A DNA stretch of 64,000 nt, from IMG/VR virus record IMGVR_UViG_3300025030_000061, positions 31,052 to 95,051 of that record. One strand, 5' to 3'. Positions within the stretch are counted from its first letter, which is position 1. Every line of letters starts with the position of its first letter. The translations under genes were made by a program, and so were the position numbers. Below, piece after piece: positions 1 to 9,649 of the stretch. The stretch comes from a virus. The notes under the pieces were generated by a model. That model was not told where the DNA came from. It did not search any database and worked only from the letters and a program-made list of their open reading frames with translations.

Positions 1-303
1 GCTCTCCGTTGGCGCGACCTCTCCACCGGGGAGTGGCGGGACTACGAGGATGTGCTTTGGATGAAAGAGCACGCATTGCGTGCAATATGCGATCTTTTCA
101 TCTCTGCATCTCATGAGGTCATCGCGGTGGCGGATGGTGTGCGGGTGGTTAACTCTGATCGCCTGGTGGTTGAGTGCAAGCGGCGCGGGATCCCGGTGCG
201 GACCTTTCAGTTGATTCGGGAGGTGGCGGAGGTGGCGGGTGTCCTCGATCGCCAGTTCTACTCGGTTGGTTTTGGTCCTGGGCTCTCCTCGAGGTATGCA
301 TGA
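1..303 (+). CDS. hypothetical phage protein (5' truncated)
   Basis: ORF ends at 303, with its TGA overlapping the next ATG (ATGA). The true start is probably upstream of the window. Confidence 0.5.
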   Translation, partial: ALRWRDLSTGEWRDYEDVLWMKEHALRAICDLFISASHEVIAVADGVRVVNSDRLVVECKRRGIPVRTFQLIREVAEVAGVLDRQFYSVGFGPGLSSRYA

Positions 304-791
304 TCCGTCGGGCTCCTTCTTCCTCGCGTTGCTGCGTCATGGGGCGCGATCAGTTCCTACCCGGGAATGTCACCTGCATCTCTTGCCGCCGGCAGGATGT
401 GCCGTGTCCCTTCGGTTCCGCGGTCCAGGTTCCTGCTCCGGCCGCTGCTTCGGTCGAGGAGAAGGCTGCTCCGAGGGCCAAGGAGCCGAACAAGACCGAG
501 GCGGAGTATGGTCGACGGCTCTCCCTGGAGTTCCCTGTGTGCGATGTCCGGTATGAGGCGCTGGCTCTGATCGTTGAACTCGATAGGGATCGTTTCAGGT
601 ACAGTCCGGATTTTGTGGTGACCTTTCCCGGCGGCAGGATCCTCCTGGTCGAGGTGAAAAACGCCGGGTATCAATTTGCCTCATACGGTCGGGCCAAGCT
701 CGCCTTTGCTACCTGCAGGGTCCAGTGGCCGATGTTCTCATATCGATGGGCTGAAAAAGATGGAGGTTCTTGGAATGTCACAGACTATTAA
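300..791 (+). CDS. PD-(D/E)XK nuclease (DUF1064/VRR-NUC-like)
   Basis: YSPDFVV...LVEVKN motif. ATG at 300 is coupled to the upstream stop and has a GAGG RBS. Confidence 0.7.
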   Translation: MIRRAPSSSRCCVMGRDQFLPGNVTCISCRRQDVPCPFGSAVQVPAPAAASVEEKAAPRAKEPNKTEAEYGRRLSLEFPVCDVRYEALALIVELDRDRFRYSPDFVVTFPGGRILLVEVKNAGYQFASYGRAKLAFATCRVQWPMFSYRWAEKDGGSWNVTDY

Positions 792-1332
792 CGTTTGCCC
801 CCTATGCGGGAAGGCGATAAGCCGGAGATCGAAGCACTGCAAGGGGTGCTTTCGGACGGTGCAAACAGAAGATTACCGTCTTGAACGAGCTATTACTCGG
901 TTCAAGGCAAGGATCGTAAAGCTGGACATTGGCTGTTGGGTACTTCGGGGCCTGGAGTCCGGTCCTGGGTATCCTTACGTGCATTTCCAGGGGGCAGACC
1001 ATGGTGCCCACCGTGTTGCCTTGTTTGTCTTCGAAGGGTTGTCTCTGGATACGCCTCTTGATGCTATGCATTCCTGTGATAACCCGCGCTGTGTCAATCC
1101 TGGCCATCTCGATTATGGGACTCGCACTGAGAATATGCAGGATGCCAAGGCTAAAGGGAGGACTCGGAACGTCTCTGACTGGAGCGGGTTAAATAATCCG
1201 AAGTCAAAGATTTCGCCAAGCGATCATCCAGACATTGTTTCCTTGGCTGCGGCTGGTATCCCGCGGAAGGTGATCGCTGCTCAGTATGGGATTGGATACA
1301 ACCGCGTATGTCAAATTTTAGGCTCGCGGTGA
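775..1332 (+). CDS. HNH (homing-type) endonuclease with N-terminal Zn finger and C-terminal HTH
   Basis: AHRVA...HSCDNPRCVNPGHL...GTRTENMQD. GGAGG RBS before ATG 775. Confidence 0.85.
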   Translation: MSQTINVCPLCGKAISRRSKHCKGCFRTVQTEDYRLERAITRFKARIVKLDIGCWVLRGLESGPGYPYVHFQGADHGAHRVALFVFEGLSLDTPLDAMHSCDNPRCVNPGHLDYGTRTENMQDAKAKGRTRNVSDWSGLNNPKSKISPSDHPDIVSLAAAGIPRKVIAAQYGIGYNRVCQILGSR

Positions 1333-1372
1333 TCATTCTGTCGGCCGGGTTTACTGTGGGTGCCGGTGTATA
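1333..1372 (+). promoter_or_regulatory. class A repeated motif (TCATTC-N8-GGKYTTW), variant
   Basis: TCATTC tgtcggcc GGGTTTA ... GGTGTA upstream of the methyltransferase. Matches six other copies. Confidence 0.55.
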
Positions 1373-1402
1373 ACCGGACGCTACTTTTTTTTGGAGGGTT
1401 TG

Positions 1403-3361
1403 ATGGCCAGGAGAGCACCTGTTTACCGTGGGCTGTATCGCGTGGATCCGCAGCCGGCATTTGATTTCGGCGGCAAGCTGATCGTTGACCTTTTCGCTGG
1501 TGGCGGTGGCGCCTCTACCGGGATGGAGTGGGCTCTCGGGCGTAGTCCCGATATCGCTGTGAACCATGACCCGGAGGCGGTCGCGCTGCACCAGGTCAAT
1601 CATCCGCATACCAAGCATTTCTGTGAGTCCGTCTTCGACGTGGTGCCCCAGGATGTTTGTGCTGGCCGGCCGGTCGGGGACCTCTGGATGTCTCCCGACT
1701 GCAAGCATTTCAGCAAGGCGAAGGGGGGGAAGCCGGTATCGAAGCGGGTCCGCGGCTTGGCCTGGGTCGGGAAGCGTTGGGCTGCCACTGTGCGGCCGGA
1801 GCGCATCTACCTGGAGAACGTCGAGGAGTTCAAGAGCTGGGGGCCTTTGGTCCGTGTCAACAACGAATGGAAGCCGTGCAAGAAGCGATCGGGCCGGACC
1901 TTCCGGAATTTTGTACGCGAGCTGCAGCGCCTCGGGTATGTGGTTGATTGGCGCGAGCTGAAGGCCTGCGATTATGGTGCACCGACGATTCGCAAACGGT
2001 TGTTTCTGGTCGCTCGCTGCGACGGGCAGCCGATCGAGTGGCCCGAGGAGACCCATGGCGACCCGAAGCATGCAGTGGTGCGCTCTGGCCAGCTCCTCCC
2101 TTGGCGGACTGCTGCCGACTGCATTGACTGGTCGCTGCCCTGTCCTTCGATCTTCACGCGGAAGCGTCCCCTGGTGGAGAACACCTTGCGTCGCGTCGCC
2201 AAGGGCGTCAAGCGCTACGTGATCGATTCGCCCTCGCCCTACTTCGTACCGCAGACTCGCGGGAAGCGCCTGGTGGTGGCTCCGTCCCTGACCGAGCATG
2301 CCAACAGCAGCACGCAGCGCACCTTTCCGGTCGATGAGCCGTTGCGGACGCAATGTGCCAACGTGAAGGGTGGTCACTTCGCCCTGGTGGCGGCTTCGCT
2401 CTCGACCTATTACGGTCCGAAGGGTGAAAACCACCATCGAGGGCAGGACCTCCGGGAGCCGCTGCGGACGCAGACGACCGAGAACCGTTTTGCTCTCCAG
2501 GCTGCTCTGCTCTTGAAGCACTATACGGGCGTGGTCGGCACGCCGATGGATGCTCCCTTGAGCACGGTAACGACCGTGGACCATCACAGCCTTACTGCTG
2601 CTACGCTGATCCAGACCGGGTACGGCGAGCGTCCTGAGCAGTCTCCTCGGGTGCCCCATGTCGATAAGCCGCTGGGGACCGCGGTGGCCGGCGGGGTGAA
2701 GCATGCCGTCGTGGCTGCGAACCTCGTCCGTCATTTCGGGGAGAGCGTGGGTTCTCCGGTTGATGATCCTATGGGTACGGTCATGCCTGACGGGATGGGT
2801 AAGACCGGTCTGGTTGCCACTTGCCTCGCTCGTAATTTCGGGCGTAGCGATGCTGCTCCAGTGGATGCTCCGGTGGGGACGATTACGACAAAGCAGACGG
2901 AGGCATTGGTCGCCTCCAGTCTGGTGAAGATGTACGGGACCTGCCAAGCTGGGCAGCCGGTGGATGTCCCCTTGGCGACCGTGACAGCCAACGGTCGGGG
3001 CGGTGGTCATATCGCCGAGGTTCGCGCCTTCCTCCTCAAATACTACGGCGCCGACCAGGATCCGCGCCTGGAGCAGCCTCTCCATACCATCACGACGCGT
3101 GACCGCTTTGGCCTTGTCCTGGTCAAGGGTGAGCTCTATGAGATTTCGGATATCGGCATGCGGATGCTGGCGCCGCGTGAGCTGTACCGGGCGCAGGGCT
3201 TCCCGGATTCCTACATCATCGATTACGTCGTCATCGACGGCCGGAAAAAGAAGCTGACCGCGACTGCCCAGGTGCGGATGGTCGGCAACTCCGTCAGTCC
3301 GAATGTCGCCTGCGCTGTTGTGCAGGCCAATACCGCGAAGCGTCTGCGCTACGCAGCTTAG
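1403..3361 (+). CDS. dcm: DNA cytosine-5 methyltransferase, long phage type with internal PLxTxT repeats
   Basis: Motif I DLFAGGGG, IV SPDC, VI ENV, VIII RKRLF, X GNSV. Confidence 0.93.
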   Translation: MARRAPVYRGLYRVDPQPAFDFGGKLIVDLFAGGGGASTGMEWALGRSPDIAVNHDPEAVALHQVNHPHTKHFCESVFDVVPQDVCAGRPVGDLWMSPDCKHFSKAKGGKPVSKRVRGLAWVGKRWAATVRPERIYLENVEEFKSWGPLVRVNNEWKPCKKRSGRTFRNFVRELQRLGYVVDWRELKACDYGAPTIRKRLFLVARCDGQPIEWPEETHGDPKHAVVRSGQLLPWRTAADCIDWSLPCPSIFTRKRPLVENTLRRVAKGVKRYVIDSPSPYFVPQTRGKRLVVAPSLTEHANSSTQRTFPVDEPLRTQCANVKGGHFALVAASLSTYYGPKGENHHRGQDLREPLRTQTTENRFALQAALLLKHYTGVVGTPMDAPLSTVTTVDHHSLTAATLIQTGYGERPEQSPRVPHVDKPLGTAVAGGVKHAVVAANLVRHFGESVGSPVDDPMGTVMPDGMGKTGLVATCLARNFGRSDAAPVDAPVGTITTKQTEALVASSLVKMYGTCQAGQPVDVPLATVTANGRGGGHIAEVRAFLLKYYGADQDPRLEQPLHTITTRDRFGLVLVKGELYEISDIGMRMLAPRELYRAQGFPDSYIIDYVVIDGRKKKLTATAQVRMVGNSVSPNVACAVVQANTAKRLRYAA

Positions 3362-3369
3362 GGGGGGAT

Positions 3370-4398
3370 ATGTTGGAAACGATTCTTGCTGGCAGCTCGG
3401 CGTTCCGCGAGCATGGAAAGTTCTGGACGGATGCCCTTACCTGGGTTGAGGGCTGCACTCCTGTCTCTCCTGGTTGTAAAAACTGTTGGCTGGCTGGGAT
3501 TTACAGCCGCAACTTGCCGGGCCTTGCGCCTGGTCTGGTGGAGAGAGTGAATTCCGGTGGAGCGTGTAACGATTTCTTTAACGGCAAGATCGTATGCCGC
3601 GAGGATCGTCTTCTGCTTCCCCTGCGTGCCCGCAAGCCTCGAGTGTACGCGGTTTGGAGCGATCTGTTCCATGAGGGTGTGCAAGAGGAATTTCAACTCC
3701 GTGCCTTTGCGACCATGAGTCTTGCGCGTCATCACCATTTTGTCATCATCACTAAAAGACCTGCTGTCGCTTTGGCGTTTATGGAGAGGGGTCGGTATCC
3801 AAAGGTCCAATCCAATAGCGAGCCGATTTCAAACGTGACGATCCTGGTCAGCATGGAGGACCAGCAGCGCGCCGACGAGCGGGCGCCTTTTGCTGCTCGT
3901 CTTGCTCTTGCTGGGTGGCGTGTTGGCGTACTTTGTGAGCCTTTGCTTTCGCCCATATCCTTCAAATGTATTCTTGCGGGTTCTCTGGCTAAGCGTGGAA
4001 CTTTTGCTTTTCTCCGGCTGATGTGTTGGGTTCTCACCGGCGGGGAGTCGGGAAGCAGGGCGCGGCCGGTCCATCCCGAGTGGGTGCGTACTCTCTGCAG
4101 TCAGGCGCAGGTGGCCGGGGTGCCCTTCACCTTCAAGCAGTGGGGAGAGTGGGGGCCTGGCTCGCTTCAGATGGGGACAGGTCAGCCGGTGTTCCGCTCC
4201 TTTGAGAGCAAGCGGCAGTGGATCCATAAAGGCGATACCTGGATCAATGGCGGTTTGTGCCTGGACCTGGCCGGGAAGATTCTGCGCCGCGGAGCTGATT
4301 TTGATAACGCGGTTTACCCTGTGGCCGTGGTTCACAAGCTGGGCAAGAAAAAGGCCGGCCGGGTCCTCGATGGCCGCGAGTGGCTGGAGCTGCCGTAA
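3370..4398 (+). CDS. phage Gp37/Gp68 family protein (DUF5131)
   Basis: GCTPVSPGCKNC, SDLFHE, TKRP, EPLL, WVLTGGESG, FKQWGEW, GRVLDGREW. Confidence 0.88.
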   Translation: MLETILAGSSAFREHGKFWTDALTWVEGCTPVSPGCKNCWLAGIYSRNLPGLAPGLVERVNSGGACNDFFNGKIVCREDRLLLPLRARKPRVYAVWSDLFHEGVQEEFQLRAFATMSLARHHHFVIITKRPAVALAFMERGRYPKVQSNSEPISNVTILVSMEDQQRADERAPFAARLALAGWRVGVLCEPLLSPISFKCILAGSLAKRGTFAFLRLMCWVLTGGESGSRARPVHPEWVRTLCSQAQVAGVPFTFKQWGEWGPGSLQMGTGQPVFRSFESKRQWIHKGDTWINGGLCLDLAGKILRRGADFDNAVYPVAVVHKLGKKKAGRVLDGREWLELP

Positions 4399-4868
4399 TG
4401 GCCTGGGACGATGGGCTCTCCTCTGACGGGTCACGGATCCTCATCGTTCGCTGCGGCATCAGTTACCTGGATATCCTGGGGGCCGCGGCGGAATGCGGGA
4501 CGATCCCCGCGACCGCTCGGCGCTTGGGGGTAGGGGAGACGACCTTGAGGACCTGCATCTCGGCGTACCATCTCGGGCACTGGTTCCAGGAACGCCTGGA
4601 GCCGCGCTGCCCGACGAAGATCACGCGGCGCCGGCTCTTATACTGGCTCCGGCAGAACATGACCCGGCGGGACATTGCGGCCGAGCTGGGGTGTACCTAC
4701 GATCATCTGAATGTGATGCTCCGTCGGTACGATTTGCACCTGGGGATGCCGAACCGTGGGGCGGCTGCCTGGCGTGCTAGGCGGGGGCAGGTCGGGTCGG
4801 TGGTTGTCGGGTTGAAGTCGGAGGGTCGTTTCCTTTGGGCGGATGGTTGCAACTTGTCTGTGGTGTAG
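4398..4868 (+). CDS. HTH DNA-binding protein (two HTH-like segments)
   Basis: TIPATARRLGVGETTL and TRRDIAAELGCTYDHL. TAATG coupling to the upstream gene. Confidence 0.6.
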   Translation: MAWDDGLSSDGSRILIVRCGISYLDILGAAAECGTIPATARRLGVGETTLRTCISAYHLGHWFQERLEPRCPTKITRRRLLYWLRQNMTRRDIAAELGCTYDHLNVMLRRYDLHLGMPNRGAAAWRARRGQVGSVVVGLKSEGRFLWADGCNLSVV

Positions 4869-4896
4869 CGTATGCAAACTTTTTAGGGGGTGTCGG

Positions 4897-5229
4897 GTGA
4901 CTCAGCAGGGCTTTGATTTCAGTGGTGAGCGGTTGAAGGAGCAGGGGGCCGAGGCTGCGGTTCTCCATGCCGATGGGGTACACCTGGAGTGGTCCGACTA
5001 CGCGATCTCTCTCCTCGAGGGGTTTGCGCGGGGCCGGGCTCCGTTCTGCTCTGACGATTTTCGCAAGCACGTCGCCGGGGTCCTCCCGGATCCTCCTTGC
5101 TTGAATGCGATCGGGGGTCTGTTCATCCGGGCTTCCCGCAGCGGGATCCTGGAGCACGTCGGCTATGTGAAGTCCCAGCGCCGCTCCGCGCACTCGCGTG
5201 TGGTGGGGCTCTGGCGCTCTGCGGCGTGA
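4897..5229 (+). CDS. hypothetical phage protein
   Basis: GTG start after AGGGGG. Winged-helix-like C-terminus (GGLFIRASRSGIL...SAHSR). Confidence 0.6.
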   Translation: MTQQGFDFSGERLKEQGAEAAVLHADGVHLEWSDYAISLLEGFARGRAPFCSDDFRKHVAGVLPDPPCLNAIGGLFIRASRSGILEHVGYVKSQRRSAHSRVVGLWRSAA

Positions 5230-5231
5230 GG

Positions 5232-5279
5232 TGTAGCGCATACCATCATTCTGTGGGTCGGTCTTTCCTCTGGTGTAGG
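5232..5279 (+). promoter_or_regulatory. operator box TGTAGCGCATACCA abutting class A motif TCATTC-N8-GGTCTTT-N5-GGTGTAGG
   Basis: Both repeated motifs occur in tandem in this intergenic gap. Confidence 0.7.
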
Positions 5280-5301
5280 CCATTTTGATCGGGAGGACAC
5301 C

Positions 5302-5529
5302 ATGATAGCAGCAGCTTTTAGACTGGCTCAACCTTGCAACTGGTTCGACACCCTTAACGGCGCCCTGGCGTCGGAAGGGCTCCTCGAGTCCTGGAACTTT
5401 AACGGCGGGATCGGGTACGGAGAGCACTTCACGTACATCTGGGAAAACGGCACCGAGTTCGGCCGGTTCGTGCAGATTTACCGCGACGAGCAGGGCCGCT
5501 ATGAGCGTCCGACCACCTACAACTGCTAA
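5302..5529 (+). CDS. hypothetical protein
   Basis: GGGAGG RBS, downstream of a class A motif. Confidence 0.65.
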   Translation: MIAAAFRLAQPCNWFDTLNGALASEGLLESWNFNGGIGYGEHFTYIWENGTEFGRFVQIYRDEQGRYERPTTYNC

Positions 5530-5553
5530 AAATTCCCCCTTGGAGGTTCCACC

Positions 5554-5718
5554 ATGCTTTCCGCTCTCATCAAAGAATTGCAGGCTGTCCTGGACGCCAA
5601 AGGCGACATCCCTGTGGACATCGTTATTCCTGGCACATGTACCCGCGCCCGTCGCTCTGTCCGTCCTACCGCTGTCTTCGTCCGTGACGACGGCGCCCTG
5701 CAGATCACCGTCGAGTAG
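5554..5718 (+). CDS. small hypothetical protein (54 aa)
   Basis: GGAGG RBS. MLSALIKELQAVLDAKGDIPV...ITVE. Too short for the ORF track. Confidence 0.6.
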   Translation: MLSALIKELQAVLDAKGDIPVDIVIPGTCTRARRSVRPTAVFVRDDGALQITVE

Positions 5719-5756
5719 CTCGCCCTCGGGCGTAATTTTATTTTAAAGGAGTTCTC

Positions 5757-6470
5757 ATGTCTCATCTGTTCCTGCACATCACCACTATCCCCTGCCAGCG
5801 CCATGGCTTCCTGGCCGATCTCCGCGCCAAGGTCACTGCTCCGGCGAAGCTGTCGAATGCCGAGTCCATCGCAAAGTGGCTCACCGATAACGGCGACGCT
5901 GCTGCCCAGGATGCGCTCCTCAAGACCGCCTTCGACGGTTCGCTCGGCGAGATCATCGCCATTGCCTGGGCCTTCGACTCCGATGACGTGCGCTGCGTGA
6001 GCCGCTCCCTGGACATCTGCGAGTCAGTGCTCTTGGACCAGTTCTTCTCCGGTCTGCAGGAGGACGTGCTCAACTCCGGCGCTGCTTCCGATCGCTACAC
6101 GGCTCGCATCGTCGGGCACAACATCCTGGGCTTCGACCTGCGCTTCCTGTACCAGCGTGCCGTGATCCACTCCGCGCAGCCTCCCTTCGATCTGGGGCAC
6201 GATAACCGCTACAACAACTCCCGCGTCTACGATGTCATGGTGGCCTGGGCCGGTTTCAACAAATTTCTTTCCCTGCCGGAGCTGGCTCGGGCGATCGGCT
6301 TTAACGCTCCCGCGGCTCTCAGTGCTGCCGAGGTCTGGGCCTGCGCGAAGGCCAACGATACCGATGCGCTCGGCGATCTTTGCGTGCATGACGTCTTGCT
6401 GATCCGTCAGGTCTTCCACGCCATGACCTTTTCCGAGTTCTTCGTGGAGGCCGACCATGCCCAGGGCTGA
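5757..6470 (+). CDS. DEDD 3'-5' exonuclease-fold protein (PolB-exo-like), degenerate active site
   Basis: GEIIAI, GHNILGFDLRFL, SLPELARAIG, CVHDV. ExoI reads HITTIP instead of DIETIP. Confidence 0.75.
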   Translation: MSHLFLHITTIPCQRHGFLADLRAKVTAPAKLSNAESIAKWLTDNGDAAAQDALLKTAFDGSLGEIIAIAWAFDSDDVRCVSRSLDICESVLLDQFFSGLQEDVLNSGAASDRYTARIVGHNILGFDLRFLYQRAVIHSAQPPFDLGHDNRYNNSRVYDVMVAWAGFNKFLSLPELARAIGFNAPAALSAAEVWACAKANDTDALGDLCVHDVLLIRQVFHAMTFSEFFVEADHAQG

Positions 6471-6756
6471 CGGTAAGGAGCAGTGCTCCTGCGGTTTGTG
6501 GTACCCGGCCGGCGGGGCGGCGCTCTGCGCTGCCAACCGGCACAGCGTCAAAGAGGCGCCCTACCCGAATCCGCATCGCCACGTTAATTCTTTGGAGTTG
6601 TCCGTGGAGGTGTTCTGCGTCGAATGCAGCGCCAGGTTGTCGGCCGAGTTCAAGATGGAAGCCCATGGGCGCATCGTCCTCAAGGTTTCCAATCATCTTT
6701 GCCCGGTTGAAGAGCCGGCCGATATTAGCGAATCCCTCCAGGAGGTGGCAGCATGA
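6457..6756 (+). CDS. Cys-rich hypothetical protein
   Basis: GGAGG RBS, CxC and CxxC motifs, coupled to neighbouring genes. Confidence 0.55.
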   Translation: MPRADGKEQCSCGLWYPAGGAALCAANRHSVKEAPYPNPHRHVNSLELSVEVFCVECSARLSAEFKMEAHGRIVLKVSNHLCPVEEPADISESLQEVAA

Positions 6757-8039
6757 GTACCGAAAACCACGAGCAGTTGGACGCCACGAATTCCCTGGTG
6801 AACGTGATCGAGACCGGGGACACCGAGGAGGTGGCGATGATCCTCGGGCACAAAGAGAAAATCCGCTGTGCCGGCATCGTCCGTCCCGGCATCAAGGTCC
6901 TCAAGAAGGGCGCGAAGCCAGAGGAGATTGCAAAATTCAAACAGATGGAGGCGGAGGGGTACGGTTACGACCAGATCGATATCGCCCTGGGCGGGAAGCC
7001 GAAGACAGCCACCTCGCGTCTCTTTCCCTCCAATTCGGATTACTTCGTGGTCCGTGACTGCGACTTCAAAAAGCCCGGAGACGCGCAGTTCATTCGCAAG
7101 AATTACGCGGATCCCGACGGCAGGGTACGCCGGATCCCGGTCTGGTTTACCCAAGGGCAAATCGACCGGGTGATGCCGCATGGCTTCAAGGCCTTCGACG
7201 GCAACGGTCATGTGCGCTGCTTCTCCTTCTACAACGAGGCCGGCGACCTCTGTTTCCGGTATGTGCCGAAGTCCGTTCCGAATCCGAAGAAGGGCCTGGT
7301 GGCCGAGGGTGGCGATTGGCTCATTCTGGACTCGGACGACGAGGCCGAGGCCGGCAAGGCGTGCGGGTACAAGGTCACCTTCGGGGGCATGTACCGGGTG
7401 AACGTCGTGGGGCTCCGCGGGCTGGAGGAGGTAATCGTTCCGACCAAGTCCTGGTATGGCCTAGGCTACTCGGTGGCGACGCTGCGCCGGGTCCGCTCCA
7501 TCCTGGGGCGCTTTGATGGCCTCGTGAACGGCCAGCCGTTCTTTGAGCTCTGCAAGGTCAGCGAGGAGGTCACCACTCCCGACGGGAAAAAGCAGGACCA
7601 GTGGCTCGTCACCCTGGAGCTGTCGGTGGATCCCATCGAGCTGGCGCAGTATGCCGAACCGCAGGCGGTCGCTGCCCGCGCCAATCGCGCCATGCAGATG
7701 TTCTCCGGGGCTCCCGCTCCTGCAGCTGCTCCGGCCGCTTCGGCGTCGGGTCCTCTGTCCGATCTGCCGGCGGAGCTGGGTACCGGGGAGGCCGAGGCGG
7801 AGGCCGTCGAGCAGGTGTCTGGTCGTCGCGTGAAGCTGATGGACTATCTGGCCAAGGCTGCTAAGGCGATCGGTCTGACGGCCGAGCAGATGCACCTGTT
7901 CGTCGAGAAGCAGCGCGGAGCATCGGTTGGGTCGCTCTCCGAGGAGGTTCTGGCTGCCGTATGCGAGCAGGTTCGCACCAGCATCAAGAACGGCGCCGAG
8001 GACTTCAAGCTCAATCTGCTTGCTTCCCTGGAGCAGTAG
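6753..8039 (+). CDS. recombination-associated protein, Gp3-like recombination directionality factor family
   Basis: GIVRPGIK...DYFVV...RRIPVWF...PTKSWYG pattern, in the recombination cluster. Confidence 0.6.
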   Translation: MSTENHEQLDATNSLVNVIETGDTEEVAMILGHKEKIRCAGIVRPGIKVLKKGAKPEEIAKFKQMEAEGYGYDQIDIALGGKPKTATSRLFPSNSDYFVVRDCDFKKPGDAQFIRKNYADPDGRVRRIPVWFTQGQIDRVMPHGFKAFDGNGHVRCFSFYNEAGDLCFRYVPKSVPNPKKGLVAEGGDWLILDSDDEAEAGKACGYKVTFGGMYRVNVVGLRGLEEVIVPTKSWYGLGYSVATLRRVRSILGRFDGLVNGQPFFELCKVSEEVTTPDGKKQDQWLVTLELSVDPIELAQYAEPQAVAARANRAMQMFSGAPAPAAAPAASASGPLSDLPAELGTGEAEAEAVEQVSGRRVKLMDYLAKAAKAIGLTAEQMHLFVEKQRGASVGSLSEEVLAAVCEQVRTSIKNGAEDFKLNLLASLEQ

Positions 8040-8047
8040 CTCCCCCT

Positions 8048-8078
8048 GGGAGCGGTGCCGGGCTCCGGTGCCGCTCCC
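8048..8078 (+). terminator. GC-rich hairpin after RDF-like gene
   Basis: GGGAGCGG...CCGCTCCC inverted repeat. No U-tract, so function is uncertain. Confidence 0.4.
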
Positions 8079-8079
8079 A

Positions 8080-8113
8080 TCATTCGGCCTTCGGGTCTTT
8101 CCTCTGGTGTAGG
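8080..8113 (+). promoter_or_regulatory. class A repeated motif
   Basis: TCATTC ggccttcg GGTCTTT cctct GGTGTAGG. Confidence 0.7.
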
Positions 8114-8137
8114 CACTATTTCTTTCGGAGGTTTCAA

Positions 8138-8311
8138 ATGAAAAACGGTATTGATGTTTCTTTGGTAGTCGCGGCGGTTCGTCACATGGATGCGAAGGGC
8201 TCGGAGTTCTCCGATCAGATGGTTGGCGGGACGGTGGCCTTCGATCCCGATCGGGAGCAGATCGGTTTCTTCAACGCTGATGGCGGTCTGGTCGATTCCA
8301 TTTCCTACTAG
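8138..8311 (+). CDS. small hypothetical protein (57 aa)
   Basis: GGAGG RBS before MKNGIDVS. Confidence 0.6.
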   Translation: MKNGIDVSLVVAAVRHMDAKGSEFSDQMVGGTVAFDPDREQIGFFNADGGLVDSISY

Positions 8312-8371
8312 GGGTTGTCTCCCCGAGCCCTCACCTGCTGCCTGGGTGGGGGCCTTTTGCCTGGAGGTTCC

Positions 8372-9649
8372 ATGTTCAAGGTCCTGCATTCCGCCGACCT
8401 GCATTTTTCCATTTCCGTCGATAAGCTGCCGGAGGTGGTCCGCACCACCGACTCCCTGCTGGTGCAGGCCAGGGCCGAGCAGCCGGACGTCATCATCCTC
8501 GCCGGGGATACTCTGGACGAGTACGATGGCCGGATCCGCCTCGACAGCGAGTGCGCTCGCGCTGCCATCTCCTTCGTGCAGCAGGCTGCCGATATTGCTC
8601 CCGTCGTGATCATCCGCGGGACCAAGAGCCACGACCGGGAGTCGCCGTATTTCTTCGCCCACCTCCGCGGCAAGAATCCCATCCATGTCGCTACCTCGAT
8701 CGAGCAGGTGGCGCTGGTCCGGCATGAACTTGGTGCACATGGTTATTTCTACGAGTGGCGTCCCCTGGCCGACCAGCACCTGGTTGAAGGTGAGCGCACG
8801 GTCGCTGCCTTCTCCCTGGTCCCCTCGCTTGATAAATCGCAGCTGCTCGCCTGTGTGGATGCGACGATCGCTGGCGGCAACATCGTTTTCCGGGAATTGG
8901 TGCACGACCTTTTTGCCGGCTTTGGGCTGGTGAATGACGCCTGCCAGTGCCCTACCTTCCTGGTGACCCATGGCATGCTGACCGGCGCCGTCTTCTCCTC
9001 GGGCCAGACCGCCGTCGGCGAGGACCTGGAGTTCGGGCTCTCCGATCTGCATGCGGCTCGCGCCAGCTATGTCGCCCTGGGGCACGTCCACAAGTTCCAG
9101 GAGTTTGTCGGCAACGTCTTTTACCCTGGCTCCCCTGGCCGTCTCAACTTCGGAGAGCAGGAGGAGAAGGGGTTCATCATGGCCGAGTTCGAGGGCCGGG
9201 TCTTCTCCGGGTATCGCTTCCTGTCGACTCCGGCGCGTCGCTTCTGCTTCGGTGCCGTCGAGTGGGACGGATCGGTCGAGACGGTCCTGGCCGAGGCTCG
9301 CCGGTTGGCTGCGGATTGCTCCGGGGCTGATGTCCGTTTCCGCTACTCCATCCCGGAGGAGGAGCGCATGTCCGTCGATCGCTCCGCGCTCGAGTCGTTG
9401 TTCCTGGGTGCCGGCGCCAACCGCGCTAAGATCGAGATGAACGTGATCCCGAAGCAGCGCACGCGGGCGGAGGGTATCTCCAAGCTGGAGACGCTTCCCG
9501 ACAAGGTGCTGTCCTGGGGCACGGTGGTCGGGGAGGAGATTCCCGCCGACGTCCTCCTCCTGGCCGGTCGCATCGAGGGCTTGAGCTCCGAGGAGCTGCT
9601 GGCAGAGGCGCGGGCTCTGGCGATGGGGGAGGTGTCCGGTGGGAAGTAA
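8372..9649 (+). CDS. sbcD: SbcD/Mre11-like metallophosphoesterase nuclease
   Basis: HSADLH, AGD, GTKSHD, THG, ALGHVHK, YPGS...NFGE. Confidence 0.88.
   Translation: MFKVLHSADLHFSISVDKLPEVVRTTDSLLVQARAEQPDVIILAGDTLDEYDGRIRLDSECARAAISFVQQAADIAPVVIIRGTKSHDRESPYFFAHLRGKNPIHVATSIEQVALVRHELGAHGYFYEWRPLADQHLVEGERTVAAFSLVPSLDKSQLLACVDATIAGGNIVFRELVHDLFAGFGLVNDACQCPTFLVTHGMLTGAVFSSGQTAVGEDLEFGLSDLHAARASYVALGHVHKFQEFVGNVFYPGSPGRLNFGEQEEKGFIMAEFEGRVFSGYRFLSTPARRFCFGAVEWDGSVETVLAEARRLAADCSGADVRFRYSIPEEERMSVDRSALESLFLGAGANRAKIEMNVIPKQRTRAEGISKLETLPDKVLSWGTVVGEEIPADVLLLAGRIEGLSSEELLAEARALAMGEVSGGK

Noticed and set aside
1151-3085. 644-aa ORF on the - strand
   Set aside because: Antisense shadow of the methyltransferase gene in GC-rich DNA, with no motifs or RBS.
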